A stretch of DNA of 64,000 bases, from IMG/VR virus record IMGVR_UViG_3300042868_009047; one strand, 5' to 3'. A model generated the notes under the pieces. That model saw only the letters and a list, made by a program, of their open reading frames with translations. It was not told the origin of the DNA and ran no database searches. Shown piece after piece: positions 40,959-50,159 of this stretch. Every line of letters starts with the position of its first letter. Within the stretch, counting starts at the first letter, position 1. This DNA comes from a virus (taxonomy: Duplodnaviria > Caudoviricetes). Position numbers and translations under genes: made by a program.

Positions 40959-40967
40959 CAAATACAC

Positions 40968-41040
40968 ACGTCTGTAGCTCAGTTGGTAGAGCACTGGTCT
41001 CCAAAACCAGGTGTCGTTGGTTCGAATCCAGCCAGGCGTG
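40968..41040 (+). tRNA. trnW: tRNA-Trp(CCA)
   Basis: CTGGT-CTCCAAA-ACCAG; G73. Confidence 0.92.
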
Positions 41041-41046
41041 CTAAAT

Positions 41047-41126
41047 GCCCTTGTAGGCGAATGGTATAGCCGCTGGTCTTAGAAACCAGAGCGAAAGCAT
41101 TGCAAGTTCGAGTCTTGCCAGGGGTA
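41047..41126 (+). tRNA. trnL: tRNA-Leu(TAG)
   Basis: CTGGT-CTTAGAA-ACCAG; long variable arm. Confidence 0.9.
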
Positions 41127-41131
41127 CACAT

Positions 41132-41204
41132 GCACCTTTAGCTCAGTTGGTAGAGCGCTGCCCTTACATGGCAGATGTCATAGGTTCGAGTCCTATAGGG
41201 TGTA
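41132..41204 (+). tRNA. trnV: tRNA-Val(TAC)
   Basis: CTGCC-CTTACAT-GGCAG; canonical D and T arms. Confidence 0.92.
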
Positions 41205-41207
41205 CAA

Positions 41208-41340
41208 AGGTTGATCGGGGAATGATCACATTAATAGTTCGAGAGTGAATACTGACTGGTGTGATCGGAGTTTGTAGGTATTCACCTAAGTAATGCCGAT
41301 CGTAAAAGAGGATGTCCACTAGACCATCTTCCTCTTTCCT
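41208..41340 (+). ncRNA. Candidate structured RNA of unknown class inside the tRNA array
   Basis: Pairings 41213-18/41296-301, 41245-52/41278-85, 41224-30/41260-66 (pseudoknot) and 41306-11/41331-36; no cloverleaf. Confidence 0.5.
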
Positions 41341-41345
41341 TACTT

Positions 41346-41427
41346 GCCAGTATCGCATAGCGGCAATTGCAGCGGATTGTAAACCCGCTCTCATTTGAGT
41401 TCGGTGGTTCGAGTCCACCTGCTGGCA
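41346..41427 (+). tRNA. trnY: tRNA-Tyr(GTA)
   Basis: GCGGA-TTGTAAA-CCCGC; long variable arm; GGTGG-TTCGAGT-CCACC. Confidence 0.88.
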
Positions 41428-41439
41428 CTATTTATTAGT

Positions 41440-41898
41440 ATGAGAAAACTAATAATAATCATAATGGTTTTATCCACAACGATTTGTAAATCACAAATTG
41501 TAATAGATAAAGCTGGGGATGGTTGGGATCTAAAAGCTGATAGCGCATTAGCGATTATTAAGCAAACAGATACCACAACTTATAAACTTGTGTTACAAGT
41601 TTGTGATAAAATAACTTTTTGGTCTGGTGGTTACTCAACAAATGAGGGTTCTAAAGATACAAAAGGAAGTATAATAATATCATCTACAGATGCTAAGGCT
41701 AAATCCTTAAATAATCTCGCTGCTGTTATTGTACACGAATCTTTACATCTTTATCTTAGACATAGGGGTATTCAAGAATCACCAAGAGAAGAAATACTTT
41801 GTTATTCATATGAGTATGACTTCTTAAGGAAAATACCTAATGTTGAACAGTATCTGTTGACCCATTGTTTAAAACAGATACGTCTTCGACAAAATTAA
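41440..41898 (+). CDS. Exported zincin-like (HEXXH) protein embedded in the tRNA array
   Basis: Signal peptide MRKLIIIIMVLSTTICKS-Q; VIVHESLHL...EEILC; TATTTAT at 41429-41435. Confidence 0.65.
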   Translation: MRKLIIIIMVLSTTICKSQIVIDKAGDGWDLKADSALAIIKQTDTTTYKLVLQVCDKITFWSGGYSTNEGSKDTKGSIIISSTDAKAKSLNNLAAVIVHESLHLYLRHRGIQESPREEILCYSYEYDFLRKIPNVEQYLLTHCLKQIRLRQN

Positions 41899-41899
41899 T

Positions 41900-41972
41900 G
41901 GGGTCATAGCTCAATTGGCTGAGCGCTACCCTTGCAAGGTAGAGGATGTGGGTTCAAGTCCCACTGGCTCCA
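41900..41972 (+). tRNA. trnA: tRNA-Ala(TGC)
   Basis: G3:U70 present; CTACC-CTTGCAA-GGTAG. Confidence 0.92.
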
Positions 41973-41978
41973 CTATAT

Positions 41979-42049
41979 TGTCCTGTGGTGTAAAGGCAGC
42001 ACATCTGGTTTTGATCCAGAGAATAGAGGTTCGAATCCTCTCAGGACAA
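41979..42049 (+). tRNA. trnQ: tRNA-Gln(TTG)
   Basis: TGTCCTG/CAGGACA; TCTGG-TTTTGAT-CCAGA. Confidence 0.9.
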
Positions 42050-42078
42050 CAACTATCTCGCCAGATTGGCGAGAAAAT

Positions 42079-42153
42079 GGCGAGATAGCTCAGAGGAAGA
42101 GCATTCGGCTCATATCCGAAAGGTCGGGATTTCGAAACTCCCTCTCGCTACCA
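42079..42153 (+). tRNA. trnM: tRNA with CAT anticodon (elongator Met; Ile2 not excluded), CCA encoded
   Basis: GGCGAGA/TCTCGCT; TTCGG-CTCATAT-CCGAA; ACCA end. Confidence 0.82.
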
Positions 42154-42158
42154 TACAT

Positions 42159-42232
42159 GGTGTCTGTAGCTCAATCGGGAGAGCATTGGTTTGTGGAACC
42201 AAAGGTAGTGGGATCGAAACCCATCAGTCACC
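42159..42232 (+). tRNA. trnH: tRNA-His(GTG)
   Basis: G-1:C73; TTGGT-TTGTGGA-ACCAA; T-loop ATCGAAA. Confidence 0.85.
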
Positions 42233-42238
42233 CAAAAT

Positions 42239-42312
42239 ACCTTCATAGCTCAATGGATTAGAGTATTTCAATACGAATGAAAGGGTTGGGAGTTCGAGTC
42301 TCTCTGAAGGTA
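42239..42312 (+). tRNA. trnR: tRNA-Arg(ACG)
   Basis: ACCTTCA/TGAAGGT; TTTCA-ATACGAA-TGAAA. Confidence 0.88.
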
Positions 42313-42372
42313 CAATAAACCTGTTTTTGCTACGATAAAGCAACCTACTTTATTGTGCAAAATCTAATTTAT

Positions 42373-42446
42373 CGTCCTGTAGCTCAGTTGGTTAGAGCAT
42401 TTTCCTGATACGAAAAAGGCCGCTGGTTCGAATCCAGCTAGGACGA
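42373..42446 (+). tRNA. trnI: tRNA-Ile(GAT)
   Basis: TTTTC-CTGATAC-GAAAA; GCTGG-TTCGAAT-CCAGC. Confidence 0.9.
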
Positions 42447-42512
42447 CTTAACATTTAAATTACCAGTACCGTCTTTTTTTCATTTATAAAAGTATTTATA
42501 ATAAACGCTTTT

Positions 42513-43874
42513 ATGAAAAAAATTAGTTTAAACGAAGAACTTACCAGAATACAAGAAATGATGGGTGTTACCCATACTAGCCCAGATACCATAAAAGAAC
42601 TTTCCCCTTCAGATATAGTAAACTCAATGAGAGAAGAAGAGATGGGTGAAAACGATGAGGTTAAAGATAAATTCAAAGATCAATACGGTAAAGAAAAAGG
42701 TGAAGAAGTTTATTACGCAACCGCTAATAAACAAGATAGAGATCCAGAAACATTTGAAAAAAATGAAGCGTTTGACCCTAGTGATAGTGATGGTGAAGGT
42801 CTTTCAGATTGTTGTGGTGCACCTATTGTTATGCATGACATTTGTTCTGAATGTGGTGAGCATTGTGAGGCTGAAGAAGAAATAGATGAGAATATTAGTA
42901 AATCAACCGCTATTTTGAATAGACCATCTAACAGGATGACTTTCGAACAGATGGGTATGATTATGGTTCTTGCAGATGAATTGGGTGGGGAAGAAAACAC
43001 TAAAGCCAACGAGTTTGTTTCTGGTGTTGTTACGAAGATGAATGCTGATGAATATATTAAAGAACTTATAACTAAAATTGATAATGAACAAGAAACACCC
43101 AAAGATATCCCTGGGTTCGAAGATACTAGAGACGCATTAGATAATTTAGGTATTAGAGAAGAGGTTGACGAGGAGTCAGCGATCGGTGGTTGGGATCTTG
43201 CTATGGAAAGTATTGATAAATTACAAAAAGAGCTTGAGGAAGAAGAAAAATCTTTTATGGAAACTAGAGGTGGTAAAGATGGTCCAGTTTATGAAAACAA
43301 AGAAATGGGTGAGGCTAGAAAAATCCAACAAGAAACGTATTTTGAGACTCAAGCGGGTGCTTTAGAATCAGCAGAAGAATATGCCACAAATAAAGGTTAT
43401 ACTGTTAATTGGGAAAGTATTAACCCAGAACATGTTGCTTATGGTCAAACGGTTAGTTACAGCGTTGAATTAATGGTTAAAGAGGTTAAAATTAAGGTAA
43501 CTGAATTAGGTATAATTGAATTAAATAAATATGGTGGTTTTACCGCAGATAACTATGAAAAAACTTTTTCGAGTCAATCGGGTGGAAGAACAAAATCGGT
43601 AACGCAACCTACTGATTTCTTTACCAATTCTGGTACTGGAAAGGTTTTTACTTTATCATTTGATTTTAATGAAAATACATTAAAAATGTATTCACAAGGA
43701 GAGTTTCTTGCTTCATTTAAATTTAAATCACTTAAACCTGGCGAAGAAGATGATAGAGGTTGGTTTAAAATAGTGGGAGATTCAAAGGATGGTATGCCAG
43801 CTAGAAAAATGTTACAGATCTCTTTATATAGAATGGAATCTGGTAGATATGAATTAACAAACTACATTAATTAA
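42513..43874 (+). CDS. Acidic multidomain protein carrying the LNE..MMG tag
   Basis: MKKISLNEELTRIQEMMG; CCGAP..CSECGEHC zinc knuckle; C-terminus RKMLQISLYRMESGRYELTNYIN; TATTTATA at 42493-42500. Confidence 0.7.
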   Translation: MKKISLNEELTRIQEMMGVTHTSPDTIKELSPSDIVNSMREEEMGENDEVKDKFKDQYGKEKGEEVYYATANKQDRDPETFEKNEAFDPSDSDGEGLSDCCGAPIVMHDICSECGEHCEAEEEIDENISKSTAILNRPSNRMTFEQMGMIMVLADELGGEENTKANEFVSGVVTKMNADEYIKELITKIDNEQETPKDIPGFEDTRDALDNLGIREEVDEESAIGGWDLAMESIDKLQKELEEEEKSFMETRGGKDGPVYENKEMGEARKIQQETYFETQAGALESAEEYATNKGYTVNWESINPEHVAYGQTVSYSVELMVKEVKIKVTELGIIELNKYGGFTADNYEKTFSSQSGGRTKSVTQPTDFFTNSGTGKVFTLSFDFNENTLKMYSQGEFLASFKFKSLKPGEEDDRGWFKIVGDSKDGMPARKMLQISLYRMESGRYELTNYIN

Positions 43875-43875
43875 A

Positions 43876-44142
43876 ATGATAAATTTCATCAAACTATACG
43901 TGATACCCTTTTTGGTTTTGATGATGTTCCAATGTGGTTTTGCGTATCTTACTTTAGTTTATTTAATCGGTAAAGCAAACCCTTTAGATTGGCACCCAGT
44001 ATTATATACATTATTTTTTCAGTTTGTGTTATTCATAGGTTACACAAGTTATAGGGCTTTAACAGATAATGACGAATTTATTGATATAGAAAGTAATCAT
44101 TTTAATTATAAACACGAAGAAGAAAATAAAGACAAAGATTAA
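43876..44142 (+). CDS. Small two-TM membrane protein
   Basis: Two hydrophobic segments. Confidence 0.55.
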   Translation: MINFIKLYVIPFLVLMMFQCGFAYLTLVYLIGKANPLDWHPVLYTLFFQFVLFIGYTSYRALTDNDEFIDIESNHFNYKHEEENKDKD

Positions 44143-44145
44143 TTT

Positions 44146-44676
44146 ATGGAAAACATTAACGAACAAATATCACGTATAAAAACTATGATGGGTTTAAATG
44201 AGGATGGGTCAACCCCACAATCGCAAAACCCAACTGGTACAACAAAACATAAATGGACTGATAAGGTTGTTCGTGGCCCAGGTAATCCTGTCGGTAATGC
44301 ACCCTCTACCATAAGAACAAACCATGGTCCAGGAAACCCTATTGAATTGGCCGAAGATGAATCAACAAAACTTGAATCATTTGCTGAAACAAGATTGGGT
44401 GGTGCTGAAACAATTGCTGGTAACGCCAAAGAAAAAGGTGGTGCCGCTTTATTAACGTACCACCATTTCGAAGTTAAATTAGAATATTACGAAAAAGCTT
44501 CCAAAGGTGAGTTGGATATGGAAGACGCTAAGAAAGAATACAAAGATTTGTTAGAAAAACTATACACATCCACTAAAGATGATATGGGTATTGAACAAAT
44601 AGATTTTCAAGAACTGCTCGGGAAAATGGAAGTTCTAGGTGAACTAATAATTAAAGAAAATGAAAAAGGAGCTTAA
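44146..44676 (+). CDS. Hypothetical protein carrying the LNE..MMG tag
   Basis: MENINEQISRIKTMMGLNE. Confidence 0.65.
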   Translation: MENINEQISRIKTMMGLNEDGSTPQSQNPTGTTKHKWTDKVVRGPGNPVGNAPSTIRTNHGPGNPIELAEDESTKLESFAETRLGGAETIAGNAKEKGGAALLTYHHFEVKLEYYEKASKGELDMEDAKKEYKDLLEKLYTSTKDDMGIEQIDFQELLGKMEVLGELIIKENEKGA

Positions 44677-44692
44677 AAGCTCCTTTTTTTTT
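44663..44692. terminator. Bidirectional terminator between convergent genes
   Basis: AAAAAGGAGCT-TAAA-AGCTCCTTTTT. Confidence 0.8.
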
Positions 44693-44713
44693 TGTCTTAA
44701 GAAATTGTAATTG

Positions 44714-46378
44714 TTATAATCCGTATTTTGATTTATCCGCATTAAAGTTTTGTAATACTTGTGCTGAGGTAAGCGCTGCGTTGTATAAACGAGTTATACC
44801 AATTTTTCCATCAAAGTATTGAGAGTATTCCCCACCATTATAACTACCTATGTAAAGTGGGTTAGTTGAGTTTAATATACTTGGTAAACTATGACTTACA
44901 CTTCCTATACTTACACCATTTACAAATGTTTCAAGTGTATTAGATGCGACATTAGTAAACACATAAACTATCTGATACCAAGTACCAATCGTTCCAACGT
45001 AGTTTGTACTATTAACAAACAATGATGAACCACTACCACTACCTGAACCCAATTGAGCGTAGTATGTAGTATTGGTTGTTCTGATACTATAACTTACATC
45101 TATAGTTAACCCCCCATTATCAAACTTTCCAAGAACAACATCATTACCTAAAACTGCTTGATTCACCCATACTTCCATAGTCCAATCCCCACTTCCAGGC
45201 TCTAATAATACATTATCCGCAATTGCTATTTGTGATGAAGAACCATTATATGTAAAGTATGGTGATGTATATGTGATATTGGACATTGTACCATTCAAAC
45301 CATTACCTGATAAATCATTAATTGTCGTACCTGTTCCAGGGTAACTTGATAAATTACTTGGGTCATAATATAACCTAAGGTTACTTGTTACAGGTGCCAC
45401 AAATCTTGGGGCCAAATAATTGTATTGTTGTGTTATTTCTCCTAACGTTAATTTCCTATTATAAAAATATAAATTCGCTATGTATCCAAATGGTTGTCCT
45501 GCGGTGACATTATTACCCCATTCTAGATGAGTATCTCCACCCGCACCATAAGCAACCGTTCCAACCTGAGTTCCGTTAATATAAAAAATACTTGATGTAT
45601 CATCTCCGACTACCGCATATTGTACCCACACATCTTCATCTGGTGTAACATCATACCCCGAATCTCGGAATACGGAATCATAGTAACCCAAATTATCAGT
45701 TGCAACTTCAACTAAAAGTGGAACACTATTGTTGGTTCTAAGTAAAGATCTCCAATTAGCAGAACTTGAAATGATTCTTGCCCAAGTAATATATGTGTAT
45801 CCCGAAGTTGGTAAGGTAGGACCAGTTCCATCCACGACAACTCTTTTAGTTCCTGTTGTGCAATCAAAACATTTAATTCCATCAAGCACGGTATATGTAG
45901 CTCCCGTTAAAGTATGGTTATACGAACCACTTTGTAAATTAAATACCGTTGTTCCTGAACCTGGGTAACTATCGGTTTCATTAGCGTCTAATTGCATAAT
46001 AAGTCCCGAAGTTACGAGATTTGGTGTATTAATCAAATAATATTTGTTACTAGCGTTAACCCAGATTACAGCAGCCGCAACCGTATTCAACAAAGCCATA
46101 CCACGTCTGTCGTTTAATTTGTTTACTATCGCTAAAAAATCAGCATCACTGCTAGCCACCCAAAATAAAGGTTTTGCGTTACCTTGCGTGCTAAACCCAA
46201 GCTCATATGAGTTGGAAATCATAACATAATCATTGCTATGTGTGGGTGAGTTATACCAAGTTAAACCACCAGTATTCACCCTATAGTCATTAGCAACCGT
46301 ACCAACTTCATGGTTACCATATTTGGTACCATAAGCTGTTACTGTTCCACTATTATATGCTACGACTTTATTGGCCAT
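44714..46378 (-). CDS. Virion-type protein: shared N-terminal domain plus two LamG/concanavalin-A-like domains
   Basis: LDANETDSYPGSGTT and YDPSNLSSYPGTGTT..DLSGNG; W.Q.V.V...FVNG; IGSYNG..FDGKIG..RLYN.AL...V.QNFNA. Confidence 0.8.
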   Translation of the reverse strand: MANKVVAYNSGTVTAYGTKYGNHEVGTVANDYRVNTGGLTWYNSPTHSNDYVMISNSYELGFSTQGNAKPLFWVASSDADFLAIVNKLNDRRGMALLNTVAAAVIWVNASNKYYLINTPNLVTSGLIMQLDANETDSYPGSGTTVFNLQSGSYNHTLTGATYTVLDGIKCFDCTTGTKRVVVDGTGPTLPTSGYTYITWARIISSSANWRSLLRTNNSVPLLVEVATDNLGYYDSVFRDSGYDVTPDEDVWVQYAVVGDDTSSIFYINGTQVGTVAYGAGGDTHLEWGNNVTAGQPFGYIANLYFYNRKLTLGEITQQYNYLAPRFVAPVTSNLRLYYDPSNLSSYPGTGTTINDLSGNGLNGTMSNITYTSPYFTYNGSSSQIAIADNVLLEPGSGDWTMEVWVNQAVLGNDVVLGKFDNGGLTIDVSYSIRTTNTTYYAQLGSGSGSGSSLFVNSTNYVGTIGTWYQIVYVFTNVASNTLETFVNGVSIGSVSHSLPSILNSTNPLYIGSYNGGEYSQYFDGKIGITRLYNAALTSAQVLQNFNADKSKYGL

Positions 46379-46400
46379 CTTTTAAAAAATTAAAACCTAT

Positions 46401-47255
46401 TTATGGATTTTGATCAACAAACCCAAAACAAACTGTGCAATAGTATTCTGTAACAGTATAAGTAAAACTTACACTAGTTACTGTGCCATCTATACGGATA
46501 ATATTAAATCCTTCTTGTCCAGTAAATTGAGTGTATTGTGTTGGTCCTGATGCATTTTGATAAGTTGTATCCACACCAAAAATTGGTGTGAACGGTGCAG
46601 ATACTTGAACTGGAACCTGTAACCCTGGGTTACCAACACTAGCAAACGCAACCAAAGGATCGGTAACAGGTTGACTAAATGTTGCTGTAAACACACCTGT
46701 TGTGGTGTTTCGGATCTGATCCCCAGTGATTGGTACGCCATATGTTTCTGGGAACGTGCTAGCGCTGTACATACCTGGATTCTCTGTTTGCATACCACCG
46801 TTGCTTTGTGTAATAGAAACGGTAATACCGTTTTGACCCACCCCAGCCGCTGAAGAACTTCCGATACTAGTCATTGTCATCCATTGGAATCCTGAACTAC
46901 CAAAACCAGACCAGCTGCTCCAGTAACCTTGGCCATCTAACCAAATCTTTGCATCCCCGCCTGAATCAAAATTTTGACCAAATTGTGTGTTAACCAACCC
47001 AAGAAAAGATTCTTCTGTTAAAGCACCTGATCTGATAAAACGAACAGAAGCTGTTACACCAGGTATTGGTGTTGGTTGTGTGTTACCTGAAACTGGTAAT
47101 GCGATTGTATAACCCAACTCTTCGTCAGGTCCGTTCCAAAATTGTGGATCATTTGTGAAACCATAATCTGGAAATCCAACTGCTAAATCACCAAGCTGTT
47201 CTGTTCCAGCTATTGGTGATCCAGGATTATATGCGAAAGGTCTTGCTGTTGCCAT
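46401..47255 (-). CDS. Virion-type protein: related N-terminal domain plus a different beta-rich C-terminal domain
   Basis: MATARPFAYNPG..QFWNGPDEELGY resembles the N-termini of the LamG genes. Confidence 0.6.
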   Translation of the reverse strand: MATARPFAYNPGSPIAGTEQLGDLAVGFPDYGFTNDPQFWNGPDEELGYTIALPVSGNTQPTPIPGVTASVRFIRSGALTEESFLGLVNTQFGQNFDSGGDAKIWLDGQGYWSSWSGFGSSGFQWMTMTSIGSSSAAGVGQNGITVSITQSNGGMQTENPGMYSASTFPETYGVPITGDQIRNTTTGVFTATFSQPVTDPLVAFASVGNPGLQVPVQVSAPFTPIFGVDTTYQNASGPTQYTQFTGQEGFNIIRIDGTVTSVSFTYTVTEYYCTVCFGFVDQNP

Positions 47256-47258
47256 GAT

Positions 47259-48179
47259 TTAATTAATTGTTTGTGTTTTAAATAATTCTTCATTATATTG
47301 ACTAATTTTTTCAGTCATACTAATAAGCTCCTCAAAAGCGTCTGCTAACTGATACACTGTCATAGAGTGGTTATCAAGTTGATTTGCTAAGTCATCTAGT
47401 GTTCTAATATTATCTGGGTATTCACCAACTTCATACATCTCAACGATGTCATAAAACTTGTTAAATTTACTCTCAAGGTATTTTCTACTTGCTTCCATTT
47501 TTTGGTGGGCGGCTTTCATTTTTTCCAAGTTTTCAAAAACGCTAACTAGAGATGAATTAACAACCGCTGATCCAAATTTTTCGATCAACGCTGTACCCAT
47601 TTGAATATCTTTTTTTGCCTCAACAATAAACTCATCTATCTTTGATGGGTCGTATGAAATACCCTCTTCGTTTAACGAAGCGGTAATTTCGTTTATTTGA
47701 AAAATCTTTCCACCAGGTTGGTTTATCATCTCAACCTCACGAGCGCTGGTCACAGGCTCTTCGGTATCTCTATAAACAAACGTATCATATTTGTATGGAT
47801 CATATGTTATTGATTTTGAGCTACTTGCTGATGGTATGTCAGTTGATTGGTATGGTTTAAAGTCAACCAAATCCCCAATAACGAATGCATGTACATTCTT
47901 TGACATCTCAGATCTAACTTTTTCCATACCACCTTGTCTAACTCTAAACTCAACGTTATTAAGTTTAACATAGTCAGCATGTGCTATTACCAAACCTTTA
48001 TATTGTATTGAGAATGTTTTTTTATGAAGGTTATAGTATACCATAACCCTTTTACCAATATTAGAATCCTCAGCGGGTGCTTCATCATCTGTACCAGTAA
48101 ACATATCCAGTTGGTCTTCATTCAAACCCATCATGGAACGCATCTTAGATATTTCTTCTGTTAATATTGGTTTTTTCAT
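47259..48179 (-). CDS. Tagged protein with conserved phage domain (VYYNLHKK..KNVHAFV)
   Basis: MKKPILTEEISKMRSMMGLNE; helical acidic C-terminus. Confidence 0.65.
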   Translation of the reverse strand: MKKPILTEEISKMRSMMGLNEDQLDMFTGTDDEAPAEDSNIGKRVMVYYNLHKKTFSIQYKGLVIAHADYVKLNNVEFRVRQGGMEKVRSEMSKNVHAFVIGDLVDFKPYQSTDIPSASSSKSITYDPYKYDTFVYRDTEEPVTSAREVEMINQPGGKIFQINEITASLNEEGISYDPSKIDEFIVEAKKDIQMGTALIEKFGSAVVNSSLVSVFENLEKMKAAHQKMEASRKYLESKFNKFYDIVEMYEVGEYPDNIRTLDDLANQLDNHSMTVYQLADAFEELISMTEKISQYNEELFKTQTIN

Positions 48180-48189
48180 TTAAAATAAT

Positions 48190-49002
48190 TTATTTAGTAT
48201 ATTTAATACCACTTTCTACTTCTTGATCAGCTTTTCTAACAAGAGCGTTTGTATCAACCCCATCATCTTTAAAATATTGAAGACCTAAAACCCATAATGG
48301 GTGCTCTCTACAATCATCCATATTAGCTACTTCTGTACTATAAAGATCTGTTGATATAATTCCATCTTCAGCATCAAAATCATATACTAGATTTTTAGGA
48401 GTTAATCGTTTACTTGTATTAGCCATTCTTTCGCTTTGATAAGCCATTCCAGCGTTCATTATCTTTGCTTCTGTTGGAGACATAGCTCTTTTAAATTTAC
48501 CACCTTGGCTAGTAGCAAATCTATCTAAATTACCAGATGCTGAATCAACATCATATGTTTTTTCACCAGAATCATTTGATGATATTTTAATTTTACTATT
48601 TGTATTCTGCTGATTAGAGATATCATATGTTGTTCTACGAGCCCCAAAATTGTAACCTACACCGCCAGTATCTTTTGTACAAGAAACTAATCCAGTGGCT
48701 AAAATAGTACAAACTATCCCAACCATTAATTTATCTTTTATAGCTTCATCTATGTCCATTACGTTAATATTACCACTTTCGTCTTGGCCCATAGTAACAG
48801 TTTTTTCTTCACCATTATGACCTTCACGTTTATCAATTAACTTAACCTCTACTGGTCCGTTATTACCAGTAATGTATGTTTTCATTGATTTTTTAAGTTG
48901 TGCTAATATATCTTTATCGTCAAACATATCCATTTCAGTTTCTTCTAAACCCATCATGGAACGCATCTTAGATATTTCTTCTTTTAGTATTAATTTTTTC
49001 AT
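48190..49002 (-). CDS. Tagged protein with internal hydrophobic helix and lipobox-like LVSC
   Basis: MKKLILKEEISKMRSMMGLEE; IDEAIKDKLMVGIVCTILATGLVSCTKD. Confidence 0.6.
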   Translation of the reverse strand: MKKLILKEEISKMRSMMGLEETEMDMFDDKDILAQLKKSMKTYITGNNGPVEVKLIDKREGHNGEEKTVTMGQDESGNINVMDIDEAIKDKLMVGIVCTILATGLVSCTKDTGGVGYNFGARRTTYDISNQQNTNSKIKISSNDSGEKTYDVDSASGNLDRFATSQGGKFKRAMSPTEAKIMNAGMAYQSERMANTSKRLTPKNLVYDFDAEDGIISTDLYSTEVANMDDCREHPLWVLGLQYFKDDGVDTNALVRKADQEVESGIKYTK

Positions 49003-49032
49003 TTAACTTTTTTTTAATATTTGCTTTTTCAT

Positions 49033-49791
49033 TTATGAGAACATTTTTGACACATTTTCGTACCAATCTGGGAAATATCCTCTTAAATAATATGTCATGG
49101 CTTTTCTTACTAAACCATCCCTATCGGTATTATATTCTTCCCAATCATCCCAAAAATGATCAACGGCTTTAGCGGACGCAGCTTTTAAATCATCAAACAT
49201 CCCGAAGTTAAATTCTGTTGGTTCATTAAGATTAGAATGAATCATTTTATTCATATATCCTTGATCAGAACTACCCCAATCTTCATCGATTGCACCTGAC
49301 TCAACGTCATCGTAATTTTTTGAAGCGTATTTGTTGGCCTCTTCCTCATCGTGAGCATCGATCATTTCTTGATCCCCTGGTGACATACCATCGGTATCCT
49401 GTGCCAATAAATCATCAAATGAGACCATTTTTTCTTCTGGATCACCTTCAAATAGTTCGCTATCCATTTCATCTTTAGCTTTCATAGGTGAATCATAATC
49501 CTTTAAATCACCAACTGGATATCTCTCCCCAGTTTTAGCATTGTACTTAAAGATTGTTTTACCGTTATCACCATCACCTATAAAGTAATGTACGTTATCG
49601 TCACTAAGACTATAGTATAATGGTCTGTCGTAATCATCAAATTCTCTTTGAGCAACTTCTTCACCACTTGCTGATTCAATGGCCGACTTTTCAAAATTAA
49701 ATTCTTCTTTTGAAGACATTTCAAAGTTTTCGTTAAGACCCATTATTTTACGTAAACGTAAAATCTCTTCATTTAATATTAATTTTTTCAT
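49033..49791 (-). CDS. Acidic tagged hypothetical protein
   Basis: MKKLILNEEILRLRKIMGLNE; TATTTATA at 49812-49819. Confidence 0.65.
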   Translation of the reverse strand: MKKLILNEEILRLRKIMGLNENFEMSSKEEFNFEKSAIESASGEEVAQREFDDYDRPLYYSLSDDNVHYFIGDGDNGKTIFKYNAKTGERYPVGDLKDYDSPMKAKDEMDSELFEGDPEEKMVSFDDLLAQDTDGMSPGDQEMIDAHDEEEANKYASKNYDDVESGAIDEDWGSSDQGYMNKMIHSNLNEPTEFNFGMFDDLKAASAKAVDHFWDDWEEYNTDRDGLVRKAMTYYLRGYFPDWYENVSKMFS

Positions 49792-49880
49792 ATTTAATCT
49801 CATATTATTTATATAAATATCACAAAAATGGTGATAAAACCCATTTTCATTGAATTATTTTTTTTCAGTTATGTTGATTA

Positions 49881-50153
49881 TTATATCCCACCCATTAGTG
49901 GATTTGGATCAGTCCATTCTGGTGTTGCCAAAATTGATAGGATTTCACTATAAGTATAAGGACCTTCTTTGGTTGTTAATGTTGAAATGAATAATGGTTG
50001 GTCACCTTCCCATTTTACAAAAGTTTTTGTGCCGTCCACTGATCTGCGAACCGTTTCTGATGATGTTTCTAAAACCTCTGTGAAGTTAATTTGATTTAAT
50101 TCTGATACATTAAATATCATGAATTGTCTATTTGTATATTCTTGTGTTTCCAT
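49881..50153 (-). CDS. Small protein downstream of the LamG pair (possible assembly partner)
   Basis: FMIFNVSELNQINFTEVLETS..RRSVDGTKTFVKWEG. Confidence 0.6.
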   Translation of the reverse strand: METQEYTNRQFMIFNVSELNQINFTEVLETSSETVRRSVDGTKTFVKWEGDQPLFISTLTTKEGPYTYSEILSILATPEWTDPNPLMGGI

Positions 50154-50159
50154 ATTTTT

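Noticed and set aside
40753-42248. Short ORFs called across the tRNA array (40753, 40887, 41164, 41391, 41932, 42066)
   Set aside because: They overlap clear tRNA cloverleafs. Only 41440-41898 is kept.
42313-42353. TTGCT-ACGATAA-AGCAA stem-loop resembling an Ile(GAT) anticodon arm between tRNA-Arg and tRNA-Ile
   Set aside because: No U33, no T arm and no acceptor stem; at most a remnant or spacer hairpin.
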